Below, one piece after another: positions 55,990-64,000 of a DNA stretch of 64,000 bases. A program made the translations under genes and the position numbers. Source of the stretch: an uncultured virus (IMG/VR IMGVR_UViG_3300024279_000006) (taxonomy: Duplodnaviria; Heunggongvirae; Uroviricota; Caudoviricetes). The stretch is taken from the IMG/VR virus record IMGVR_UViG_3300024279_000006, positions 1 through 64,000 of that record; one strand, given 5' to 3'. Position 1 is the stretch's first letter. Each line of letters opens with the position of its first letter. Under the pieces are notes generated by a model. That model was not told the origin of the DNA. It did no database searches and saw nothing but the letters and a program-made list of their open reading frames with translations.

Positions 55990-57298
55990 TAGAGTGACAA
56001 CACTCCCGCAATAATCAAATACGAAACGGCGCAAATCGCCACAACCTTCAGTAGAAAGAACCCGACAGCCTTTGCCAATTTGATATTGGCCGCGCGGTTC
56101 TGCTTGCGCTCGCGTGCGTAAAACTTCCGCAAGGCTTCCTTCTCGCGCTCGTCTTCGATCTCCAAACCTTTGATGGCCACTTCCACATCTTGACGGCTGG
56201 GTGTCTGGTAGTTCACGTAAAAGCCTCCTAGCGGATAGTGTCGGCTCACTGGTTCACTGCCTCATAAGCTCTTTGCAAATAGCGCTGCAAGCGGTCAGCA
56301 ATGACGTGCTCCGTACAACCGCACTCGCCGTCGATCTGAACTTCCTCCACGGTGATGCTCCGGTCGTGCTCGCAACCGTTCTTGCCGTGGTCACTGATTG
56401 GGTGGAAACATTCCCCACACTCAACCTCGGGCGGTTCAAACTGCGGCATGGTCTTGTGCGCCAGTACGTCAACGGGATTCTCTCCGCGTTCTAGGGCGCC
56501 TTCCACTATGCGGTCGTATTCTTCGATCATGACGATGCCCCCGTTTTCAAAAATTCATCAATGGTGATTTCCTTCACCGCGAACACGCCAGAGTACCCAA
56601 ACTTCTCGCGCGCTTCCTCTTCGGTCTCGGCGGCAACATACGTTACCCCTACCTTCCCGCTGGTAGCTGTGAATTTCGGGAAGCTCTCGTTAAAAGTGTG
56701 AGCTACTGCGAATATCTTCACGACGCTATCTCCAATCGCCGGCGAATGTCTGGCAACGCATACCATTCGCGGCAAATCCGCGCGTAGGTCGTGCAGGCTT
56801 CGCAATACGCTTCTTCCTGCAATTTCAACTCAATACAGTCTGTCCCAACATCTTCTGCGGCGCACTGTTCCGGTACACCTGCTGGCCAATTAGCGGTAAG
56901 GAAGTCGGCAAACTGTTCTCCGTTGCGTGGTCGGTGCGCGCGGAGTTGGGCTATCGTGTCCTCTGCTGGCAGGTTCGTGCTGGTGAGTACTTCCGGTTCG
57001 ATCTGTTCTTGATTCATATGCGGACAACCTCCAATCGGAAACTATCGGGACATACGAGCGTTACCACTCCGGCGTTAAACTCGATCGTGCATCGGCAGTC
57101 GGCGGCCAACTCTTTGATCTTGCTGATGATGCGTTCCAATTTGCGGTCCTCTGCGAAAGTGCGCGGGTACTGGTTCGTTAAACGGTACACCGTCGAGCTG
57201 TATCGCATAAACCGCTGCGCTGCACTGTAATCAGTCGCCGGAGCGCGCCGGATTAGTTCGGCCAAAAACTTCTCTCGGTTGGAATGGGTAGCGGTCAT
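55989..57298 (-). CDS. Run of small early hypothetical genes (55989-56249, 56246-56530, 56718-57017, 57014-57298)
   Basis: Coupled ORFs from the track. Confidence 0.55.
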
Positions 57299-57303
57299 GG
57301 GTT

Positions 57304-57429
57304 TTAACGCGAGTATTTGTTAACCGTGAATCGCACAGCTACGACAAACCCGACGAAAAACACCATCAAAAAAGCATCGGAAACAAAGGCTTGGTACACC
57401 GTTGCGGCTGCGTTGGAAAGTTCATTCAT
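57304..57429 (-). CDS. 41-aa single-TM protein, first gene of the leftward operon
   Basis: Manual translation MNELSNAAATVYQAFVSDAFLMVFFVGFVVAVRFTVNKYSR; GGAG SD. Confidence 0.6.
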   Translation of the reverse strand: MNELSNAAATVYQAFVSDAFLMVFFVGFVVAVRFTVNKYSR

Positions 57430-57479
57430 TGGTTGGCTCCGTTTATCGTCTGACCGACGTATTGCTTACTTGCAAAGCG

Positions 57480-57558
57480 AATATCGCATTTCCACAAATA
57501 CTTGTCAAGAGAAATCTACAGGTCTTGACAAAATAATTATGGTGGGGTACAAAGCCAC
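57480..57558. promoter_or_regulatory. Back-to-back divergent sigma70 promoters
   Basis: Minus: TTGACA (57508-57503)-17-GATATT. Plus: TTGACA (57525-57530)-17-TACAAA-5-ATG. Confidence 0.75.
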
Positions 57559-57744
57559 ATGGCCAAAGCAGGTAGACCACGTAAGGAAAAGACCAAAGTA
57601 CTATACATTCGGCTCTCAGAAACAATAGCCAAAGCTCTTCAAAAGAAGGCCCAGAACGAACGGCGCGGCCTCTCCGATACAATCTCCATAATTCTCGAAG
57701 GTAAATCCACTCTGTATCCACCGGCCACCGATGCCAGACTTTAA
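57559..57744 (+). CDS. Arc/ribbon-helix-helix regulator
   Basis: GRP...VLYIRLSE...AL...AQNERRGLSDTI. Confidence 0.7.
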   Translation: MAKAGRPRKEKTKVLYIRLSETIAKALQKKAQNERRGLSDTISIILEGKSTLYPPATDARL

Positions 57745-58180
57745 GAAGAACGCGCGGGTGCGATTAAAATACGCCGTTGATACCGGCAAGCTAAAGCGCC
57801 TTCCTTGCGAAGTTTGTGGCGAGGTCAAGTCGGAAGGGCATCACGAAGATTACACACTTCCTTTGGAAGTCCGCTGGCTCTGTAAAAAGCACCACATAGC
57901 CGAACACCGTAAACATCTAAAGTCTAAGTGCCAACCGTTGCTTCGCAGGAAAACCTTTACTGAAGCAGAGTTGCCACTATTCATCTTGGCGCTGTCTGAG
58001 AAGTGTGGGTCGCAAAAAGACTTCGCTAAAAAAATGCGGATTTCACCGTCAATGCTGAGCGACATGATCTCGGGACGCCGAAACGCTTCCGACAAATTCT
58101 TGGCGAAAATCGGACTAGAGCGCGTGGTGACTTACAGATACATAGTCAACTCGCTTCCTTTGCCCGTTTCAGCGGTCTAG
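57731..58180 (+). CDS. HNH-like Zn domain fused to a Cro/XRE HTH
   Basis: PCEVCG...HHEDY...VRWLCKKHH; SQKDFAKKMRISPSMLSDMISGRR. Confidence 0.7.
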   Translation: MPDFKKNARVRLKYAVDTGKLKRLPCEVCGEVKSEGHHEDYTLPLEVRWLCKKHHIAEHRKHLKSKCQPLLRRKTFTEAELPLFILALSEKCGSQKDFAKKMRISPSMLSDMISGRRNASDKFLAKIGLERVVTYRYIVNSLPLPVSAV

Positions 58181-58198
58181 TGGTACGATTCCTTCATC

Positions 58199-58783
58199 AT
58201 GGGTCGGAAGTCTCATCACAAAGCGCGTGCCAGAATAGAATCCTTTGCCCGTCAGTATGTCATTCTTGATTGCAACGGAACTGAGGCTGCCATTGCCTGC
58301 GGTCTCTCTCGAAAGACAGCGGCTTTTCAGGCATCACGGCTGTTAAAGAATGCTCAAGTAAAGGCGGAAATTACCCGCATTTTGGCCGAGAGTAGAAAAA
58401 AGTTGGATTTTACGGTGGAACGCACGCTGAAACAGCTCACGCGGCACGCTTTTGCAGACCCGCGGCAAGCGTTTGACGCGAACGGGAAGTTAAAGAATAT
58501 CTCGGAGATGGGCGCCGATATTGCTGCTTGCATCCATTCTTATGATGCGAAAACTGGCTCGGTTCGCTTCACGAATCCTCAGCAGGCGTTAGAGATGCTG
58601 GCCAGGTATCACAAGTTTTTTGCTGATGACCGCACACCAACAGATATGGGAGTCAAGATTATCGTACTCGATTCCCCGCGGCCGCCGCGACTGGTTGGAG
58701 CTGGTGCTGCCCAACTGCCGCCGATCCAACATACCAATGGCAACGGGCATAAGAACGGCCACAAGACCCCTAAAGACGAATAG
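58199..58783 (+). CDS. terS: Terminase small subunit
   Basis: FARQY...NGTEAAIACGLS...A...ASRLLK...; ALEMLAR. Confidence 0.85.
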   Translation: MGRKSHHKARARIESFARQYVILDCNGTEAAIACGLSRKTAAFQASRLLKNAQVKAEITRILAESRKKLDFTVERTLKQLTRHAFADPRQAFDANGKLKNISEMGADIAACIHSYDAKTGSVRFTNPQQALEMLARYHKFFADDRTPTDMGVKIIVLDSPRPPRLVGAGAAQLPPIQHTNGNGHKNGHKTPKDE

Positions 58784-58819
58784 TTGCGTATCAGTACGTA
58801 CTCATGCTACTGTGTGCGC

Positions 58820-59275
58820 GTGCCAAAGATAGCTGTCACATTTAGCGAGGATGAGCTGGCGCAGGTACGCCGCGATGCGGGGCTGGTCCCGCTGAGTGCT
58901 TGGATTCGGAACTGCACCATAAAAACCCAGCCGGAGAGTGAGCAGTCAAATGGAAGTACGGCTAATCAAAACGTGTCACGGGTTGCAGGAAGTTCGATTC
59001 CTGGACGGCGCGCTTCTGTCTCCGGGAATGACTCCATACGAAGTAAGCGAAGCTCGCTATTGGGCAAGAGGCGAGCGGTGGCTGACGGAATCATTGGCGC
59101 AACTACGGAAACTGATAAACCGCCGGACGGATCACTTGGACCTGAAACACTGGGGACGGTCCACACAGCAACCAGCAACCGATTAACCTGCCTCTGTAAT
59201 ACCTGCTCGACCTGGCGCAAGAACAACGCTATCCCGCTCGGTGGACTGCCGAAGAAAGAGAAGGCCAAACGGTGA
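58820..59275 (+). CDS. Protein with N-terminal RHH-like motif
   Basis: MPKIAVTFSEDE...VPLSAWIR; TTGCGT-18-TACTGT-6-GTG supports start 58820. Confidence 0.55.
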   Translation: MPKIAVTFSEDELAQVRRDAGLVPLSAWIRNCTIKTQPESEQSNGSTANQNVSRVAGSSIPGRRASVSGNDSIRSKRSSLLGKRRAVADGIIGATTETDKPPDGSLGPETLGTVHTATSNRLTCLCNTCSTWRKNNAIPLGGLPKKEKAKR

Positions 59276-60473
59276 GTTTAAGAATGCGTAAGGTTGGGCT
59301 GGATGCGCTAAAAGGCAGGGAAGCCACAAATGCGATTAAGGCCATCGCAGCGGACACCAGATTCTCCGATTCGCGTGGCGCGGCAATGATGTATTTGACG
59401 ATGGTCGCCTGCTCAAATAAAAACGGCATGATATTGTCCAAGGAGTACGAACTTTCAGAATTTATGACTGTGCATTGGAAAGAATTGGAAAGAATGCTCG
59501 ATGAGGTTTTGACGCGTGAGTGACCTAGACTTCGATCAACTAATCCACACAGCAGAAGGCAGACTGGTGATAGAAGTCCTGCAACAGCGTCGGCTCCCGC
59601 TGATGATCGCCATTCAGGATAAAGGGGAAGTCACGTTCTGGTATCCACCGACCGCGGTGCTGGCCGAAATGGAAAAGGATTCAGAGCGTTTGCTTGAATG
59701 GGTGCGGCTGCTCGAAGAACACGCGCGGCTGTTGCAGAATATGGCTCCGAAGCAATGAGAGAACGAAAGCGGCGAGACTTCCGTATCGTGCTGCCCGTCG
59801 CTTTACTTGCGGCCATTGGGGTTGTGTTGTTCCTGTGGGCCGCGCTGCCGTGAGAATCATGCGCTCCAAGTCCGGCGAGAAGCTCTACCGCAATATGACG
59901 GTGCGCGTAATCATGCCCGGACAGAAGGACGTAACCTGGCGCGCTCGGGCTAAACCTGGAACGGGTTACGGTTCAGAACAGTTAGACGAAATGCTTGAGC
60001 ACGCGGTTAAGCGCGCCGATCAAATGTTCCCGTCTGTCGAGTTTCGGTTAGTCGAGTTGGCTCCGAATGATTTCAAATTCATTTACGAGGGGAGAAAAGG
60101 TATGCCAGAAAAGATTGCGAATCCGTGCGGGTTGTCGGCACAGAGTGCAGCTATCTCGGAGAAAGTCTGCTCTGTATCCGGCCACACAATCGGTGTGTAT
60201 CAGGACGGGATTCAAATCACGTCACAGGGAGCCATTCCGAAGGCGATCAAGTTCTGTTCCAAGTGTGGCTTCGGGCTGAGTGAGATTCGCGGGGATATGG
60301 ACTTGGTATTTCAGGATGCGGTACGCCAGACAGCCGCGGCGACGCTGGAAGCGAACAAGCCAAAGAACCCCGGCGACACTGCGCAACCCGGAGTTGGCCC
60401 GATTCCCATCAGCAACGCAAAGGATGCCGGCGACCCGCCACCAGAAAAGGCTAACGCAGCGACCGCTGATTGA
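59272..60473 (+). CDS. Four coupled hypothetical genes (59272-59523, 59516-59758, 59755-59853 TM peptide, 59850-60473)
   Basis: Overlapping stop/start codons. Confidence 0.55.
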
Positions 60474-60511
60474 CGTACACTACTTTTCGATACGCGGTAA
60501 GGCATGGCGTG

Positions 60512-60563
60512 CGGGAGATAGCTTTCCAGGACTGATCCTCCGAGGGACTGTCTCCCGTTTTTT
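60512..60563 (+). terminator. Intrinsic terminator
   Basis: CGGGAGATAG...CTGTCTCCCG followed by TTTTTT. Confidence 0.55.
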
Positions 60564-60583
60564 ATTGTGATAGCATCCTTCCA

Positions 60584-61123
60584 ATGTCTTCGTCACGGAA
60601 CAAAGTCCGAGTTTTAGCCCTAAAGCATCTTGGAAATAAGTGTGCCAACCCTGACTGTCGGTGGCAGAACGCAGACGGCTCTTTCGGCTGTGACGACCCG
60701 GACATGCTCCAGATCGACCATCCTTCCGGTAGTGGCAATATTGACCGCAAGACAAGGAATCTTCACACCATTTACCGAGATGTTCTGAACGTGCCGCTTG
60801 GCACCTATCAACTACTTTGTGCAAACTGCAACTGGAAGAAACGGAAACTGAACGCAGAAGTTGTAGGACGACCCCACACCGAAGCGAACAAGCAACGTAT
60901 TTCCAATGCACTTCGAGGGCGTATCAGAACAGCGGCGCATCGCGCCAATATATCTGCGGGTGGCAAAGGCAAGCATAGCGTCCCATGTCCCGAAGAAACG
61001 AAGCGAAAACTTTCAGCAATCCACAAAGGCCGCATAATTACGCCCGAATGGAGAGCCAAGATTTCAGCGACTAAGCGACTGCGCAACGCCGCCGCTCGCG
61101 GTCAAGCGGAATTACCCCTGTGA
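60584..61123 (+). CDS. HNH endonuclease with NUMOD3 repeats
   Basis: LQIDH...YQLLCANCNW; HTEANKQRIS / EETKRKLS repeats. Confidence 0.8.
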   Translation: MSSSRNKVRVLALKHLGNKCANPDCRWQNADGSFGCDDPDMLQIDHPSGSGNIDRKTRNLHTIYRDVLNVPLGTYQLLCANCNWKKRKLNAEVVGRPHTEANKQRISNALRGRIRTAAHRANISAGGKGKHSVPCPEETKRKLSAIHKGRIITPEWRAKISATKRLRNAAARGQAELPL

Positions 61124-62754
61124 CCATAGAAGTACAAAGAGACGAAGGCTCGCGCAATATAAGCGACTTTTATGTCCCGTGGGCGCACCAGATTGCCTTT
61201 CATATATCTCCAGCAAAATTCAGATTACAAGTTGGTGGATTCGGGAGCGGAAAGTCGAGACCGCTTTTAATGGAAGCGGTGTTCCATGCGCTTGAGTATC
61301 CTGGGAGCAACAGCATAATTTTACGCAAGACCATACCAGACATGAAGCGGACCGTGATTGACAAGTTCTTGGCGGACGTTCCGCGCTGGGTGTACGAGTT
61401 CTACCACCAGGGCGACCACATCGTTTACTTCCACCCGCAACCGGAGATCGGATTAGACGGCAAGCCGACAGGCAAGATGCTGCAAAGCAAACTGTTCTTT
61501 GGTGCCTGCGAACGGGAACAGGACGTTGGAAAGTATCTCTCCACTGAGTACGTCTTTATTGGCTTTGAGGAATTGGGCGAGTTCTCATTCGCCATTTGGG
61601 ACGCGCTGGCCGGCCGCAACCGCTGCCCGATACCTGGCGCACGCGCAACGATGGGCGGCGCTACTAACCCGATGGGTATTGGTTGGTCCTGGATTAAGAA
61701 GCTCTGGAAAGACCATAAGCCAGTGCAGGGGATGGACGCGGACAAATACAACCCTGCGGATTATGAGTTCTTCCACTCGACGGTAGACCAGAATCCAATT
61801 TACGCGCAGGACACGGAGTACATCGCTACGCTTGAAAAGTCTCCACTGCGGGACAAGATCCGCTGGGGCAACATGGATTCCGTCTCCGGGCAATTCTTTG
61901 ACAATTGGGAACCGAAGCGGCACGTCCGGCCAGCGTCAGACTTCCACTTTGAGGACTGGCAGCCAGTTTGGATTGGCTACGATTATGGATTCGGCCACTT
62001 CGCCTCAATCGTGTTTATGACTAAGGCTTTGCTCAAGCCGCGATGGGACGGTGAGAAGCCCCGCATGGTTAACGTTGTAATCCAAGAATTGTGGATGCAG
62101 GAAAAGACTCCAGAGTTCCAGACTAACGCACTGGTCTCTTCTATCCCACGCTTTCAAGAACGACGAGAGATTGCCGCTGGCGAATCGTTTTTTGAGGAAG
62201 ACCAAGCGAAATTTGAGCGGAGTCAGGAAGGCTATCGGTGGAATATCAGTTCAATCCATTTCTCCTGGGAGCGGTTCAATCGAACAGTAAGCAATCGTAC
62301 CGTGGCTGATGAAGTCGGAGATATTCTAGCGGCCGCTGGATTGCCTCGCCCAACCCGTTCAAATACTGATCGAATAGCTGGATGGCAGAAAGTCTACAGC
62401 CTTCTCGACTCTGATGAATTATTTGTCTTGAATACCTGTACTGCGGTGGCTGAAGCAATTCCAATGTTAGTGCGAGACCCGATTCATTTGGAAGACGTTC
62501 AGAAACCAAAGGGAGTCAGTCTCAACGATGATTTGGGGGATGCCCTTCGCTATGCGGTGGCGGGGGCACTACTTGACCCTGAAGATAAACCAGAGCACAT
62601 TAAAAAGCGAGAGAAATACGCTGCGATTACAGACCCGATGCGCCGCGCCGCTGTAATGTATAAGGATTACAATCTAGAACGCGCCAAAGAGCGCAGGCCG
62701 CAGAAGCCAATTACAGTGCCGACTTGGTACAGAAGAGTTAAACCAAATGCGTAA
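61120..62754 (+). CDS. terL: Terminase large subunit
   Basis: GGFGSGKS Walker A, FIGFEE Walker B, GATNP, GYDYG and DDLGDALRYA nuclease motifs. Confidence 0.92.
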   Translation: MTIEVQRDEGSRNISDFYVPWAHQIAFHISPAKFRLQVGGFGSGKSRPLLMEAVFHALEYPGSNSIILRKTIPDMKRTVIDKFLADVPRWVYEFYHQGDHIVYFHPQPEIGLDGKPTGKMLQSKLFFGACEREQDVGKYLSTEYVFIGFEELGEFSFAIWDALAGRNRCPIPGARATMGGATNPMGIGWSWIKKLWKDHKPVQGMDADKYNPADYEFFHSTVDQNPIYAQDTEYIATLEKSPLRDKIRWGNMDSVSGQFFDNWEPKRHVRPASDFHFEDWQPVWIGYDYGFGHFASIVFMTKALLKPRWDGEKPRMVNVVIQELWMQEKTPEFQTNALVSSIPRFQERREIAAGESFFEEDQAKFERSQEGYRWNISSIHFSWERFNRTVSNRTVADEVGDILAAAGLPRPTRSNTDRIAGWQKVYSLLDSDELFVLNTCTAVAEAIPMLVRDPIHLEDVQKPKGVSLNDDLGDALRYAVAGALLDPEDKPEHIKKREKYAAITDPMRRAAVMYKDYNLERAKERRPQKPITVPTWYRRVKPNA

Positions 62755-63244
62755 AATGTTGGACCTGAGCGGGAGAACATTCGGGAGATTGAAAGTTCTC
62801 TGGCCAGTTGGCAGAGTTCGGCATGTACGCTGGTTGACCGCTTGTGAGTGTGGCGCGATGCGAATGGTTGCGAGCCACCATCTCGTAGCCGGTGGAGTAC
62901 AATCCTGCGGTTGTTTGGTCCGCGATACGAGCCGCGAACTAATGAAACGTCTACCGCAGTTACGCCACGGCCACGCAATACACGGTAAAATCTCGCGGAC
63001 CTTCCGAAGCTGGGATGCCATGCGCCAACGATGTTTGAACCCTAACTCAAATAAGTTTTCACGATACGGCGGTCGTGGGATTACAATCTGCAAGCAGTGG
63101 GATAGGTTCGAGACGTTCTTGGCCGACATGGGGCCACGTCCGATTAACATGACCATCGACCGAATCAACAACGATGGAAATTATGAACCGGGAAATTGCC
63201 GGTGGGCTACACCGAAAGAACAAAGAGCGAATCGTTCTAATTGA
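62747..63244 (+). CDS. HNH homing endonuclease
   Basis: DLSGRTFGRL...CECG...SCGC...YGGRGI...DRINNDGNYEPGNCRWAT. Confidence 0.85.
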   Translation: MRKMLDLSGRTFGRLKVLWPVGRVRHVRWLTACECGAMRMVASHHLVAGGVQSCGCLVRDTSRELMKRLPQLRHGHAIHGKISRTFRSWDAMRQRCLNPNSNKFSRYGGRGITICKQWDRFETFLADMGPRPINMTIDRINNDGNYEPGNCRWATPKEQRANRSN

Positions 63245-63468
63245 GGTGCCCATTGGAAGACAAGCGCGAGCAAATCCGTAAAGCCCCCGACGCACGTCAA
63301 CAACGCCAGTGGGCGCAAGAAGCGGAAAGAGAAAAAGCGGCCGCGTTTAACGCGATGACCATCGAAGAAAAGGAACAGGAGTACCGCGAGCGAGCCAGAC
63401 TCTCAGTACTGAACCTGACGGCTCGGGACAAACGATTTCTGCAAGCGTTGAAAGTGAAAGGTGATTGA
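63241..63468 (+). CDS. Hypothetical protein
   Basis: 75 aa helical ORF. Confidence 0.5.
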   Translation: MRCPLEDKREQIRKAPDARQQRQWAQEAEREKAAAFNAMTIEEKEQEYRERARLSVLNLTARDKRFLQALKVKGD

Positions 63469-63797
63469 TGGATAGGCGAAATTTCATGCGGTCGATACTT
63501 GGCGTTGCTGCCGCTACTGCGCTGCCGTCTGAGGTCTGGCCGTTTAGAAAGATATTCCTGCCAGCGGTTCCCCCGATTACTAATTTCTGGCTGCAAGCGT
63601 CGGGCATGGTGAATAATCCCAACGGCCTGTATCGCGTTACCGGAATATGCGTTCCGGCAATTGAAATGCAAAATACAATGAATGAGTTTCTCCGCAATCT
63701 TGATGCTGTATTATTCAGCGATGGCTCAGGGCGACTTGAACAACCAGTATCATACAAAGACGGTATTTGGCATTCGCAGCGAGGATTATTTACATGA
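63465..63797 (+). CDS. Twin-arginine-motif protein with a capsid-like segment
   Basis: DRRNFM N-terminus; segment similar to the major capsid spine helix. Confidence 0.6.
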   Translation: MMDRRNFMRSILGVAAATALPSEVWPFRKIFLPAVPPITNFWLQASGMVNNPNGLYRVTGICVPAIEMQNTMNEFLRNLDAVLFSDGSGRLEQPVSYKDGIWHSQRGLFT

Positions 63798-64000
63798 GTT
63801 GGACTGACCTTCTCCGTTCTCGCTACGTCCGCGCTCTGGAAGCTGAACTGGCCACGTTACGCCAGCGACACATAGACGAATTGGAGCGGCTAAAAACTGT
63901 TCACGCCGAAGAACTGAATCGGTGTATTGTAGAGGCGAATCGGGGCTGGGCGGAAGCGGATCGCCTGCGGCAATACCTGATTCCTGGTCTTCCCGTTGCG
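63794..64000 (+). CDS. Coiled-coil protein, runs off the window
   Basis: MSWTDLLRSRYVRALEAELATLRQ...; open to the end. Confidence 0.55.
   Translation, partial: MSWTDLLRSRYVRALEAELATLRQRHIDELERLKTVHAEELNRCIVEANRGWAEADRLRQYLIPGLPVA

Noticed and set aside
61480..61495. Spacer 2 resembles terminase codons for QSKL
   Set aside because: Only 10/16 identity, which is chance level.
3330..63244. HNH genes as intron- or intein-encoded
   Set aside because: They lie between complete-looking genes; terminase and capsid frames are uninterrupted.
1..64000. Stop-codon reassignment
   Set aside because: Long genes are intact in the standard code, and TAA, TAG and TGA all end genes.

Overview
This window is nearly all of a tailed dsDNA phage genome, probably short-tailed (podovirus-like). 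It begins inside the scaffold gene and ends just after the large terminase; the portal gene is not in the window. Plus strand 1-40.7 kb: scaffold, major capsid, GroES, adaptor/nozzle-type tail genes, a GNAT protein, three putative ejection proteins, a ~9 kb glycosyltransferase/FkbM-methyltransferase cluster, and five Cys-containing fibre/adhesin-like proteins with Sec signal peptides. Minus strand 40.7-57.4 kb: lysis genes and early genes (HerA-like ATPase, DnaA C-terminal-domain protein, TnpB, Dam-type MTase, Bet/RecT, KTSC, PD-(D/E)XK nuclease). Plus strand 57.5-64 kb: RHH regulators and the small and large terminase. About nine HNH/EndoVII nucleases are scattered through it. No integrase, DNA polymerase, primase or tRNA was recognised. 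The host may be Acidobacteriota (inference). The top observation is a transposase-free TnpB lacking the RuvC-II glutamate. Its omegaRNA 3' end is duplicated into a two-unit repeat/spacer mini-array, and the first guide matches 10 nt immediately upstream of tnpB's own start codon. All protein calls come from motif recognition by eye; no database search was run.
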